Source of the DNA: Candidatus Latescibacterota bacterium
Lineage (GTDB): Bacteria > Latescibacterota > UBA2968 > UBA8231
Direction of reading: 5' to 3'
Assembly: GCA_965197905.1 (NCBI GenBank)
Contig: CBDAOB010000004.1
Location: forward strand, 448,001-512,000
Length of the DNA stretch: 64,000 bases
Below, piece after piece: positions 19,102 to 29,311 of this stretch (its first letter is position 1; the number at the start of each line of letters is the position of its first letter). Below the pieces are notes generated by a model. That model was not told the origin of the DNA, searched no databases, and was given only the letters and a program-made list of their open reading frames with translations. Both the position numbers and the translations under genes were made by a program.

Positions 19102-20886
19102 ATGCAGCGGATTCCGGATGCGACCATAGAGCGCATCAAGGACGCGACGGATATCGTCGAAATCGTCTCCGACCACGTGCAATTGACCAAGCGCGGCCGG
19201 AACTACTTCGGTGTGTGTCCCTTCCACTCCGAGAAAACCGCCTCGTTCAGCGTAAACCCCGAGTTGCAGATCTATCGATGTTTCGGCTGCGGCGAAGGAG
19301 GCAACGCGTTCAAATTCGTGCAGAAGATCGACGGAGTGAGTTTCGTCGAGGCGGTCTCCTTTCTGGCTCAACGGAGCGGAATCACGCTGGAGCTCGAGAG
19401 AAACACCGAGGCCGCCCAGTCGAACGATGAGCTTTTCCGCGCCAACGAAATCGCCAGTAAGTACTTCCACCACATGCTCCTCTCCGACGAGCAGGGGCGC
19501 CAGGCGTTGGAGTATCTAGAGGGCCGCGGCCTGTCGCGGGAAACGATCCAAGATCTGCAAATCGGTTTCGCTCCGGAGGCGTGGGACGGGTTGATGGGGG
19601 TGCTGCATCGGCGTGGCATCCCGCCGCCAATAGCCGAACGAGCGGGGTTGGCGATCCAACGGCAGAAAGGAAGCGGTTTTTACGATCGTTTCCGTGGGCG
19701 AATCGCCTTTCCGATCGCCAACGCGACCGGGCGTATTGTGGGTTTCGGCGCTCGTGCCCTGGTGGACGATCAGGAACCAAAATACCTGAACTCCCCCGAG
19801 ACGGCTATTTATCGCAAGAGCCTGATCCTCTATGGTCTGAGCCGTTCCCGGGCAGGCATACGGGATCGCGACCTGGCTTTGGTGGTGGAAGGATACATGG
19901 ACGTCGCTCGACTGGTGCAACACGGTATCTCGAACGTGGTGGCTACCTCCGGCACCGCCCTGACCGCGGAGCAGTGCCGCTTGTTGTCGCGTTACAGTCG
20001 AAGGGCGGTCCTCGTTTTCGACGGAGATTCCGCCGGTTCTACGGCTGCCGAGCGGGGAATCGAGATTCTTCTGGGCGCGGATCTCGAAGCCCGCGTAGTC
20101 TGCCTGCCGACGGGTCACGATCCGGATAGCCTGGTGCGGGACGAAGGCGCCAATCGTCTGAACGCCCTGGTCGATTCGTCCTTGTCGGTACTGGATTTCT
20201 ATCTGGATCGTCTGGCGACCCGATTCGATGTGAGATCGGTTGAGGGCAAGGCGCAGGTGGTGGCACATCTCAAACCGGTGATCGGTCGCGTAAGCGACGC
20301 GGTGAGGCGGGATCTTATGCTCCGCGAAGTAGCGTCACGGCTGGGGGTCGATGAACGAGCCATCCGGGCGGAGCTGCAACGTGATACGCGGCGGGAGCCC
20401 AGGCCGACCGGACCGGGGTCCGAGCCCTTCGCGCCGGCTGCCGAGTTGCCGTCGGTCGAAAAGCAGTTTCTAGGTCTCTTGCTCAAATACCCCCGCTTCA
20501 TCGCGCCTACTGCAGCGGTCATCGAACCGGAAGATTTCCTCGATCCACGGTCGCGCGCCATCGGCACACTTCTGTTCGACAGACACAAAACTTCCGACGC
20601 GTTGGACCTTTCGCTGCTCGTGGAAGAATTCGACGACGAGAACCTGGTCAATGCAGTTGCCGCTTGCGCCGTGGAAGAGTTCGATGAGGATCAGGTGGAC
20701 GAGTTCTGGTCGGACACCATTCACAGATTCAAGAGTGACGCCTTGACCCGGCGGATGGAGACCTTGAAACAGGAGCTAGCGGCGGCTTCGAAGAAGGGGA
20801 ACGAGAAGCTGATCGAGGAACTTGCGGGAGCCCTTGAGGAGCTGGTGAAAGAGCGGGCGTCGAACTCGGTGGAACGCGCACCGTGA
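19102..20886 (+). CDS. dnaG: DNA primase
   Basis: CPFH...CFGC zinc finger, YDRFRGR, PKYLNSPET, VEGYMD, FDGDSAG and DPD motifs. Confidence 0.97.
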   Translation: MQRIPDATIERIKDATDIVEIVSDHVQLTKRGRNYFGVCPFHSEKTASFSVNPELQIYRCFGCGEGGNAFKFVQKIDGVSFVEAVSFLAQRSGITLELERNTEAAQSNDELFRANEIASKYFHHMLLSDEQGRQALEYLEGRGLSRETIQDLQIGFAPEAWDGLMGVLHRRGIPPPIAERAGLAIQRQKGSGFYDRFRGRIAFPIANATGRIVGFGARALVDDQEPKYLNSPETAIYRKSLILYGLSRSRAGIRDRDLALVVEGYMDVARLVQHGISNVVATSGTALTAEQCRLLSRYSRRAVLVFDGDSAGSTAAERGIEILLGADLEARVVCLPTGHDPDSLVRDEGANRLNALVDSSLSVLDFYLDRLATRFDVRSVEGKAQVVAHLKPVIGRVSDAVRRDLMLREVASRLGVDERAIRAELQRDTRREPRPTGPGSEPFAPAAELPSVEKQFLGLLLKYPRFIAPTAAVIEPEDFLDPRSRAIGTLLFDRHKTSDALDLSLLVEEFDDENLVNAVAACAVEEFDEDQVDEFWSDTIHRFKSDALTRRMETLKQELAAASKKGNEKLIEELAGALEELVKERASNSVERAP

Positions 20887-20913
20887 TCTTTCGCCCGTGC
20901 CGTTGGAGAAACG

Positions 20914-21789
20914 ATGAGACTTCTGCATAAATTTCTGCAGCTCTTCCGCAACAACCCTGGGCTCCTTTTGCGGCATGTTTGGGGGCGAGTGCTGTCCAAA
21001 GTACCAGATGCGCTACTACCTAGTTCGCCTTTTGAAGGCCGAGTAAATGGCCTCCGATTTCAGTTCGATTTGTCGCTGGATCGCAACATCAAGAAGATGT
21101 ACCTCCAGTGCTATGAAATCGAAGTTGCAAGCGTCATCAAGAGGGTTTTGAAGAAGGGCGATGTTTTCGTGGATGTAGGTGCCAACATCGGGTACCTGTC
21201 GGCTTATGCGGCGGGAGTAGTGGGCAGTTCTGGGCAAGTGCACGCATTCGAGCCCGTGCCTGCGTACTTCGACAGACTCCGATTCGTGTCAGAAGAAAAC
21301 CCTGGATACGACATCAAAGTAAATCAGTGTGCACTAGGTGAACAATCTGGAAAAGAAGAGATCGCAGTTACGAGCCGTAGAAATATTGGATTTAATACCA
21401 TGGTTCCCGGCATTATGGGACCCGAGCGTACCAGCTACTCAGTGAGCGTTCCAGTTGTCCGCTTGGACGACTACATTCAAAAAAACGTCTCCCGGAACAT
21501 AGCGTTAGTGAAGATCGATGTTGAAGGCTTCGAGTCGTTCGTATTGAGAGGCTTGACTAGCTATTTCCCTAACGCTGACCCCTTGCCCGTAATAGTTTGC
21601 GAGATCATTCCGTATACGTATCCAATTTCTGACTTCAGTCTGCAAATGCTATGGGACTATATGGGTGAAAATGGATACAAGGCGCTGGACATAGTCGACA
21701 TGAAATCCCAACTAGAGGTCGCGCAATTGTCGCAAACTTCCGCCATTGACGTTGTTTTCGCTCCAACCGATTCGCCGTACGTTAGCTAG
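20914..21789 (+). CDS. FkbM family methyltransferase
   Basis: DVGANIG, VHAFEP, RLDDY and KIDVEGFE motifs. Visibly AT-richer than dnaG. Confidence 0.88.
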   Translation: MRLLHKFLQLFRNNPGLLLRHVWGRVLSKVPDALLPSSPFEGRVNGLRFQFDLSLDRNIKKMYLQCYEIEVASVIKRVLKKGDVFVDVGANIGYLSAYAAGVVGSSGQVHAFEPVPAYFDRLRFVSEENPGYDIKVNQCALGEQSGKEEIAVTSRRNIGFNTMVPGIMGPERTSYSVSVPVVRLDDYIQKNVSRNIALVKIDVEGFESFVLRGLTSYFPNADPLPVIVCEIIPYTYPISDFSLQMLWDYMGENGYKALDIVDMKSQLEVAQLSQTSAIDVVFAPTDSPYVS

Positions 21790-22582
21790 TAGCTCGCCAT
21801 CCAAGCTCGAGGGCGAGGGGGACTCCTTTGATTCGGCTCCGGAAGACGTACGAATAGTCGGCCGATGCAACATCGATCGTTGTCATGAATCCTGTCGTGC
21901 CTTTGAACTCGAAGGCTTTGTCCCCGACCTTGTAGGATTCGATTTCGTTGGGCATGACAACAAATCCATCGTTCCGGGGTGCCCCGATGTAGGTAAGGTT
22001 TGCGATAGTTACTGGTTCGCTTCCCTCAGGTGCACCCCGTGTCAGCACGATTTCTGCAATTTTCCCGCCACCAAGCGTGGCGTGAGCGCCGTCGTCGCCG
22101 TGGTTCCACACAACCTCTGCGTCCTCCGCGATGGAGAAGGACTTCCATTTGAGGGGATAGATCCTTCCAAGCGCTTGGGCAATGCCCGCCCGCTGACCTT
22201 CGTTGACGGAAGGATCGAAGGTGACGACCGCCCACTCGGCGTCCATCTGCGAAAAATCGTGCCCGAGATCACCAGACACCCAGAACTTCGCTCCCTTCAG
22301 ATCGGTTTCGCCGTAGCTGCCACCGTTGACTTTGTAGGCGATATTGAATCTGCAGAAGTGCTCGGCTGCTTCCCCGTGATGGCCAGCATGCGCGGCTGGC
22401 TTGGTGTTGAAAAAGCACTGACAGAAGACGGGACAACTACACGCCTCGATGACCGTACCATTGAACGACCAATCTGGAGACGCCTTCGGTACGTCCTGGG
22501 CAAGAACAGCTGTTGCTGCACCTGCCAGAAGAACCACGAACAGTCCTCTGGTCGAAATCCTGAGCCAACTCTGTGCAGGCAT
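21782..22582 (-). CDS. Secreted DUF1326-like metal-binding protein
   Basis: Signal peptide, EACSCPVFCQC and GSYGETDLKG motifs. AGGAGGAG RBS before ATG 22582. Confidence 0.7.
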   Translation of the reverse strand: MPAQSWLRISTRGLFVVLLAGAATAVLAQDVPKASPDWSFNGTVIEACSCPVFCQCFFNTKPAAHAGHHGEAAEHFCRFNIAYKVNGGSYGETDLKGAKFWVSGDLGHDFSQMDAEWAVVTFDPSVNEGQRAGIAQALGRIYPLKWKSFSIAEDAEVVWNHGDDGAHATLGGGKIAEIVLTRGAPEGSEPVTIANLTYIGAPRNDGFVVMPNEIESYKVGDKAFEFKGTTGFMTTIDVASADYSYVFRSRIKGVPLALELGWRATS

Positions 22583-22694
22583 GGCGCTCCTCCTTTGTGT
22601 TGGGTGTACGCGACTGTTGCCGTGAATATAAGTTCGGTGAGCTACTCCACCAGCCCCTTTTTCGACGACCGGCGCAACTTGTAAACCCCGCATT

Positions 22695-22814
22695 CGGATG
22701 GGGATCTGCGGATTGTCAATCCGTAACCAGCTAACGCCTCGTCGATATCTGAGTACCATCCAAAAAGACAGAAGGGGGCGGCCAGTCGTCCCCTCGAACG
22801 GATGGGGATCTGCG
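22695..22814. repeat. 16-bp direct repeat pair CGGATGGGGATCTGCG
   Basis: Exact copies at 22695-22710 and 22799-22814. Confidence 0.85.
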
Positions 22815-22837
22815 ATTAGAAGGAGTTGATCAGCGGG

Positions 22838-23590
22838 TCACTGTGGCGCTACAGACGTAGTTGTCGAAGCGGAGACTGTTGCTGACTCGCTAGTCTTCCC
22901 GCGGACGCGGTTTTCGGCCAGCACAGGGGAGGTCAGTTCGGCGATCACTTCGTCGGTCGAGCGCACGCGGCCCCAGCACTGATCGAACAGCCTCAATACC
23001 GCCAGGTGACCCTCGTGGCAGCCAGGAGAGGCACTGGCATCGTCCACCATGGTCACGATGTAGCTCCAGTTGACGGCTTCGATGGCCGTCATGCCAAGAC
23101 AGCCGTGGGTAAGCTGACCGCACATCACCAGGTCGCGCACACCCAGATTGTGCAACAAGCCCGCCAGGCCCGTGGTGGCGAAGGCGCCGCCGGAGGTTTT
23201 TTGTTGCACGATCTCGCCCGGGCGGGGCTCCACGCCAGGCAGCGGCTGGCGCCCCGGTGCGCTAATGTGTCGCTCAACCTGCCCCCTGCCCCTCCGACGA
23301 CGGAGCGCATCGTAGTACTTCTTGTCCAGCGAGAGCTCCCGGGAGTCGTCCGTCCAGCATCCAAGGTGAACGTGAATGACAGGGATTGGAATGCTGCGCG
23401 CCATCTCGAGCAGGTGTACGCAGTTGGCCAGCGCCGTGCGCATTGGCTCGGTTTCCGCCCTCTCTGGCGGTCCCTGCATGTCCACGATAATGAGCGCCGT
23501 GGCCTCGGGCCGAAGCGGGTCCACGAAGGCTTCGTGCGCACCCCCCTTGATGTTGCCCAGGCAGATCGTCTGAGTGAGATCAGTCTTCAT
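22838..23590 (-). CDS. Isochorismatase/cysteine hydrolase family protein
   Basis: TALIIVDMQ, K-TSGGAF and GQLTHGC give the D-K-C triad. Confidence 0.88.
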   Translation of the reverse strand: MKTDLTQTICLGNIKGGAHEAFVDPLRPEATALIIVDMQGPPERAETEPMRTALANCVHLLEMARSIPIPVIHVHLGCWTDDSRELSLDKKYYDALRRRRGRGQVERHISAPGRQPLPGVEPRPGEIVQQKTSGGAFATTGLAGLLHNLGVRDLVMCGQLTHGCLGMTAIEAVNWSYIVTMVDDASASPGCHEGHLAVLRLFDQCWGRVRSTDEVIAELTSPVLAENRVRGKTSESATVSASTTTSVAPQ

Positions 23591-24319
23591 GATGCTGTTC
23601 TCCCTGTTTCGTTACGGATATTGTGCGGCTACTGGCGGAAACACCTGCTCAATGGCTGAGGGGGTATCGTTTTCCCAATACTCGCGCCGAAGGCGTTTCG
23701 GAGCAACAGTCACGAGCAAGTGTTATAGGTCGTCGACAGATTGAGGAGGGGGTACTTTGTACCAGTACCAAACCTCGTCCAGGAGGCTGGGATCAAGCTC
23801 AGGTCGGGCGAACAAGTAGGGATGGACGTTTGGCGAAGGGCGTTGAAACGGCAATTCCCGATAAAGATCCGCTCTACATATCCATTCACAGGGACGTTCC
23901 AGGTTGTGCCGCGGAATCTTTCCCAACACATTTTCCACCAGCTGCGACAAGCTACGTCGAGGTCTGGTCAATCGCCCCCCTACCAGGGAAGAGAGAGTGG
24001 CCGGCCGGTGGGAAGGCACCAGCATCGCCCGTCGGCGCGACCGGCCTGCTCTCTCATAATATCAAACTAAAAAAATGCGTAATCGTCCTGGGATGACACG
24101 TGGTGACACAAAACCTTGGTTTAATCGGTCTTTAAGAGATAGAGCCCGACGGACTATCAATCCGTATCAACCTACGAATGGTATTGATGCAGGAGTGACG
24201 ACAAGACATGCCAGGGGGGTGAGGTTTGTGCCGGAACCGTGGCCTGATTGAGGCGGGCAAAACGCGTTTCGGATTGGCGCTCCAGTGAAGGGCAGCCGCC
24301 ATCGCTTGACTTACTTTTC

Positions 24320-25195
24320 TCAAATGCCGTCCAGATTGATTTCGGTAATTTTCCCCCCTTCTACATAAATCTTTTTGTCAATTTTGGTCGCCCTGTCTTT
24401 TACATGAAATCGCATCGTATAATGGCCAAAAGGCACTGGAAATTCTGCCCATAGGACCCCTTGGCTATAGACTCCTCCCTTTATCAACATTGAGGGAGAC
24501 GTCTCGCCGTCAGGAATAAGCTCCCAACCTTTGATGGCCAACCTGGACGGCTTATTGACCAGTATCCTTCCCAATGTGATTTGTTTCTCGACTATTTCCT
24601 CCAACTCTTTAGCGCTATTTGCCGCGAAGTATTCCCCTCCCCCTACCTTGGCCATGCAAGCGAGTTGAGTTCGTTGCTTTTCATTCACAGTATAGCCGAC
24701 GGTATGAAGCTTGAATCCGACGGTCTGTGTCGTAATTATTCTTTTGGTTTCTCCGCACGGATCCCCGCTACAGGTATCATTACCGTCACTGATCACCACA
24801 ATTACGCCGACTCCATCATAAGCCTGCAACGCTCTACCTACTTGAGTGATCGTAGCAGCAAGCGGTGTCTTAGCATCATTTCGCGGTGAGATCGTTTCCA
24901 AACGACGGTAGAAGAGGTTTCAATCCTTTGTGTTTGGCGGAATCATGATTTCTATATCGGAGCAATCACCAGCCCTCCGATGACCAAAAGTTGCCAATGA
25001 TGCTGTCACGCCAGGCGACAGATTGGTAACCGTTTCGCGGATAATTTTTTTTGCTTCGGTTATTTTTCGCTCTCCAGATGGGTCCCTAGCCAACATGCTG
25101 CCTGAGGCATCGAGGACGAACATGATTTCTGCCTCATCGGACGAGGCGATATCCGTGAGTACCAAAACGCAAAGTAGAATTGTCCACGCAGCCAT
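24320..25195 (-). pseudogene. Secreted VWA domain protein with in-frame TGA at 24920-24922
   Basis: DASGSM (MIDAS), FGHR...CSDIE, then TGA, then same-frame TPLA...VISDGNDTCSGDPC. Confidence 0.8.
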
Positions 25196-25709
25196 GATTA
25201 TATCATCCGAAGCATACTTGTGAACGCGTACCGCGGGGCGGAATATCTGCAGTTGCACTCGTCAAAGCAACCGGAACGCGGAATAGAAAAGAGGCTTGTA
25301 CGTACTAGTACTAGACTAAGGGTGGATAAGAGGTCAAAACGGCCTTCTCCCAGTTTTCGGGCGGTAGGAGGCAATCGTAGGCTCCTCCCTCAATTGCGGG
25401 CTTGACGAGGTACCTGGGGCTTGTAGGGGAATGGGGCAGCGACTTCGTTCCGATGATAAGAATAACTGAAATCGTTTGGCCACGATCGCAATAAACCAAT
25501 CAAATGGCTATAGGCTCACGAGGCGATTCCTCCGTTCATGTTCTTCGTATCTCACGGATTATCAATCCGTTGAAGTCAATGAAGCACCTTCACGAATCCT
25601 GATGTTCCTCCGGTTCCGCTGCTTTTTTGTCTGCTTTAAAAACGAAACCGTGCACAATCTGAACGCCCGAATAATTAGAATCGCGGATCTCAACGACGCC
25701 TCTTTTTAC

Positions 25710-25838
25710 GCCTAACGTAAAGCTGAGCCGCAGCGCCGAGTTTGCAGAACCACCGCTCTGGACGAGTCTGCCATCAAATCCAAAAAACCGCGATACTACG
25801 AGCACCGAAGCCGCTGTCGGCTCCAGCGGAGGTTAGAC
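25710..25838 (-). mobile_element. Integron attC site (129 bp)
   Basis: Minus strand reads GTCTAAC-N5-CTGGAGCCGACAGCG...CGCTGCGGCTCAG-N6-GTTAGGC with two unpaired bases. R'' overlaps the stop codon of the upstream gene. Confidence 0.88.
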
Positions 25839-26417
25839 GTCGGTGCGCCGGCTGTTTCCCAGTTCAAGGATCTTGTAGGTCATGAATGACCCAGCGCCCG
25901 GATCGCCATCATAGTAGAACAGGGCAATCTCCCGGGCTGTGAATTTCAAATTCACGCTCTTGCTACCTAACTCCTCGTAATAGCGTTTGCACACATCTTC
26001 GGCTTCGATGCTGCCTAGCTCAATGGTCAGGTGGAAATGATAGCGATCCCCATCGTGAGGTGCGGAGGTGTTCTCGAACAAATCGCCAAGTTCGGTGTTG
26101 ATGCGGTTGTGTAGCTCCCTCAGCGCATCCGTTTCCCTGACATTAAGCCCAAGAATCCCATATCCGCTCCACTGTGTATGGTAGATACTGTCCAGCTCGA
26201 GTACGAATGGCTCGATGTCCTCCGCAAGCTTGTCAAAGTATTTTTCGAGTTTCTCCATATCATCGAACGAAAACGGCTGCTTCAGACTGACGTGAGCGGG
26301 CAATAGAGAAGCCAAGAAGCGAATGCCGTACTTTCTGTTGAGATCAAAGACGATCCGCCTTATGTAGTTCTGGACCTCACGATTCGCCAAGAGGGCAATT
26401 GCTGCCTTCATCATCAT
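25833..26417 (-). CDS. 2H-phosphoesterase / 2'-5' RNA ligase family protein (integron gene cassette)
   Basis: HVSL and HLTI (two HxT/S motifs). Bounded by GTTAGGC (26446-26440) and the attC. Confidence 0.85.
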   Translation of the reverse strand: MMMKAAIALLANREVQNYIRRIVFDLNRKYGIRFLASLLPAHVSLKQPFSFDDMEKLEKYFDKLAEDIEPFVLELDSIYHTQWSGYGILGLNVRETDALRELHNRINTELGDLFENTSAPHDGDRYHFHLTIELGSIEAEDVCKRYYEELGSKSVNLKFTAREIALFYYDGDPGAGSFMTYKILELGNSRRTDV

Positions 26418-26593
26418 CCTTTGTGGGCTGACCAGCGACGCCTAACTATTGGTTATCTGGAAGCAGCTCTGCGTCTGGCACAAGAGCCCTGCGGATTGAC
26501 ACTCCTTAGCAGACGGTGGTGACTCGCTCTAGCATCGCTGCACCGCAGCACGCGGAACCACTGCCGTGACTCAATTCCGCGATCCGAGTGCTT

Positions 26594-28031
26594 CTATTCA
26601 GTGCCATTTCCTTCGATGGTTATCTTACCGGAATAACCACCTTCAATCAATCGGTCCGCTAAGGCTTGAGCAGCAGAGGTAGGCAGTGAGGGATTGTCAC
26701 GAATATTTAGGTTTTGCCCGAGTCCGGAAAGATTTCCAAGCCCATCCAAGTTGTTCAAGCCCTCATTATCTCGGATCGTCAGATCCTCTCCAATTCTCAG
26801 CAATCCATTCAACCCACTGACATTCAGTAAAGAGGGGTTGAGTCGGATAAAAACATCGCGGTTCACTCTGGATACTTTCTCAATTCCTTCAAGACTCACA
26901 AAACCTCTATTGTCTCTAATCCAGAGATCGCGCTCAATCCGAGTAATGCTCTCCAATCCCACCAGACTCTCAAGGACGTCATTTCCCTCGAAACGCACGT
27001 CTTGGCCAATTTGTCGCAGATTACCAAGCCCTGTGAGACCCGTTAGGTGGCGGTTGTGCAGAATTAGTAGATCCTCACCCACGAACACCAAGTTATCCAA
27101 CCCTGCCAAGGTTTGGGCCCGGGAGCTCGCCACTTCAAGGTCTCCCCCTACGCTTTGCAGATTTTCCAAACCGTGCAAACTCGCCAGACTGCTGGGTGTT
27201 CGCCCGCTGCTATTTCGTCCCTCGCTAATCAGTAGGCTCCCGCCGATCGTCGTTAGCCTGTCTAAGCCTTGCATGCTCGTAAGTCTGAAGGCACCAATAT
27301 CGAAATCCTTTCCGATGGTTCTCAGACCCGACAGGCCTTCCAGGCTCGAAAGAGAGTCAGCCCTAAGGTAAAAGCCGCCGCCAATCGTAATTAGATTATC
27401 AAGTCCTTTTAACTCTCTGATCGGAAAACTACTCAAAACCAGGTTTCTTCCAATGGCACGAAGATTTTCCAACCCCTCGAATGTCAGAACCTGGTTTCCA
27501 TAGATGAGGAAATCTCGCCCGATGCTTGAAAGACTTTCCAGCCCACTCAAGTTGCTCAATGGACCTGCAAAAGCGGGTGCTTCAAAGAGGTTACCCGCCA
27601 TATCCAGGTCCCGACCGATTTCAGTCAGACCGTTCAAGCCATCCACCGTGAACAGAGAATCATTGAATTGAATCTGCAAGTCCCGTCCCACTTCGGTGAG
27701 ATTGTTGAGACCAACTAAACTTGCAAGGGAATCATTGTTGGTAATGAGCAGATCCTCAACGATTAAGGTCAGGCTGTTCAGACCATTCAGTGACCTTATG
27801 GAGGATCTTTGAATCAGCAATGATCCGGTCAAACGACCCCCCACCTCGTTCAATCAGTGCTTCCAGATCTTCTTGGGACTTGAGTTCTATATCCCCTTCA
27901 ATTGTCCTTCGATCTGCTACTGCGGGATCAGAGGGATTCTTTCGAGGGGCGTCGTGGCAGGACAAGAGACCAAGGCCGAGCGTTAGGACGACAAGCTGTG
28001 GCAAATGTGTGTTTTTCAGCGTAGTCTTCAA
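26594..28031 (-). pseudogene. Receptor-L-domain/LRR lipoprotein, frameshifted near 27835
   Basis: Lipobox LGLLSC and EGDIELKSQEDL in one frame. Many LxxLxGLxxLxxIGxxLxI repeats continue in a second frame. Confidence 0.75.
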
Positions 28032-28050
28032 AGTGAACCAACCCAGCCGA

Positions 28051-29106
28051 TCAAACAGCATCTCGGGAGTCAAGCTTGGCCATCTGTTCGTGAAGCGCCT
28101 TGTTGCGCACTTTCCCGTAGCGCTGGAGCATTGTGGGCGACTTCCAACCTCCGATAGCCTGAAGATGGAAGCTTGAAACACCGGCCTCCAGGGCTCGAGT
28201 TGCGAACTGGTGCCGAAAACTATGGAGCGTCACATGCTTCTCGATCCCTGCCCTCTTCAAGGCCGCCGCCAGCCCTTTCTTGATGTCCACAGCCCCGAAC
28301 ACAGGCTTGGTCGGATGGGCGGTCACTTCGCCTTTCATCTCCTCCAGCATTGCCTGAAAGCGGGTGGTGAACGGCACGACCCGGGGGTCCTTGTTCTTGG
28401 TTTCAACAACCCGCAGCTCGCCCGCCTGAAAATCAATGTCCTCCCATTTCAAGCGGCCGATCTCACCCGCCCGCATGCCGGTTTCTGCTGCCGCCAGGAC
28501 GATGCGCCGAGAATAGTCGGGAAGCTCGATTAGCAGGCGCTCGAACTCATCGTCGTCGAGCACATCCTTAATTTTGATTTCTTCCTTCCTCATGGTCACA
28601 GCCGCGGCAGGATTGGGCTTGCAGAACCCGTAGGTGACGGCGGCTTTGTAGATACTCTTCAGAACCGCCAGATAGCGGTTCTGGCTCGCGACGCTGAGCC
28701 CCTGGGCTTCACGCCTAGAGAGCCAGGTTTTGATAGCCGAGGCGGTAACACCCGACAGGGGCAAGGATCCGAACTGCTCACACAGAATCCGCAGTCGACT
28801 CTCCTCGCCCTTACGGGTGCGTTCACTCCAGGAACAGAAGTTGGGCAGGTATTCCTGCCGGACGAAGAGGGCGAAGGTGCCGGCGTTGGGTTTCGGTTTC
28901 CAATCCAGCTTCTCCAACGCTTCCCAATCCTCGTTGCTGATCAGAGTGGCTAGCTCCCTTGCGCGACGTTCGGCTTGACGCTTATTCTTTGTTCCCAGCG
29001 CGCGACGTCGACGGCCGGATGGCGTGTAGAACGTGCAATGCCAAGCGGCGCCGCGCAGGTAGCCGTTTACCAAGCCTTCAATTTCAAACGGAGATGCTTC
29101 TTTCAT
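28051..29106 (-). CDS. Tyrosine recombinase / phage-type integrase
   Basis: TGMRAGE (R), TKN (K), HSFRH, GW and RY catalytic residues. N-terminal RRRRALGTKNKRQAE arm-binding-like region. Confidence 0.92.
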   Translation of the reverse strand: MKEASPFEIEGLVNGYLRGAAWHCTFYTPSGRRRRALGTKNKRQAERRARELATLISNEDWEALEKLDWKPKPNAGTFALFVRQEYLPNFCSWSERTRKGEESRLRILCEQFGSLPLSGVTASAIKTWLSRREAQGLSVASQNRYLAVLKSIYKAAVTYGFCKPNPAAAVTMRKEEIKIKDVLDDDEFERLLIELPDYSRRIVLAAAETGMRAGEIGRLKWEDIDFQAGELRVVETKNKDPRVVPFTTRFQAMLEEMKGEVTAHPTKPVFGAVDIKKGLAAALKRAGIEKHVTLHSFRHQFATRALEAGVSSFHLQAIGGWKSPTMLQRYGKVRNKALHEQMAKLDSRDAV

Positions 29107-29311
29107 GGTTCGCTCCCGTAGAATCCGTTGCTCTTGTATGAAAGATAGCGAACCGGTGCATCTGACACAAAATTTTCTTTGTGTCACGTTTGTGTCAAAT
29201 AATGCGCAAGTATGCCGGAGGATCTTGGAGCTCATTGGAGCACATTGGAGTTTCTCAACCTCCAGTACTCCAACGACTTACGGCTACAAAATGTCGGTGT
29301 AGCAGGGGTAC

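Noticed and set aside
24050..24078. dif site
   Set aside because: Only CATAAT matches; there is no XerD arm (TTATGTTAAA).
23623..24096. Short ORFs upstream of the isochorismatase gene
   Set aside because: Overlapping frames on both strands with no recognisable motif or RBS.
781..24922. Alternative genetic code (UGA=Trp or Gly)
   Set aside because: Many intact genes end in TGA and use TGG for Trp. The three internal TGAs correspond to different expected residues.
25300..25709. Second integron cassette downstream of attC
   Set aside because: No convincing ORF or second attC could be identified; at most a decayed remnant.
28051..29106. Integrase as the integron IntI for the attC cassette
   Set aside because: It lacks the IntI-specific insertion and the TVQELLGH-type motif, has an arm-binding-like N-terminus, and is not divergent from the attI-like site.
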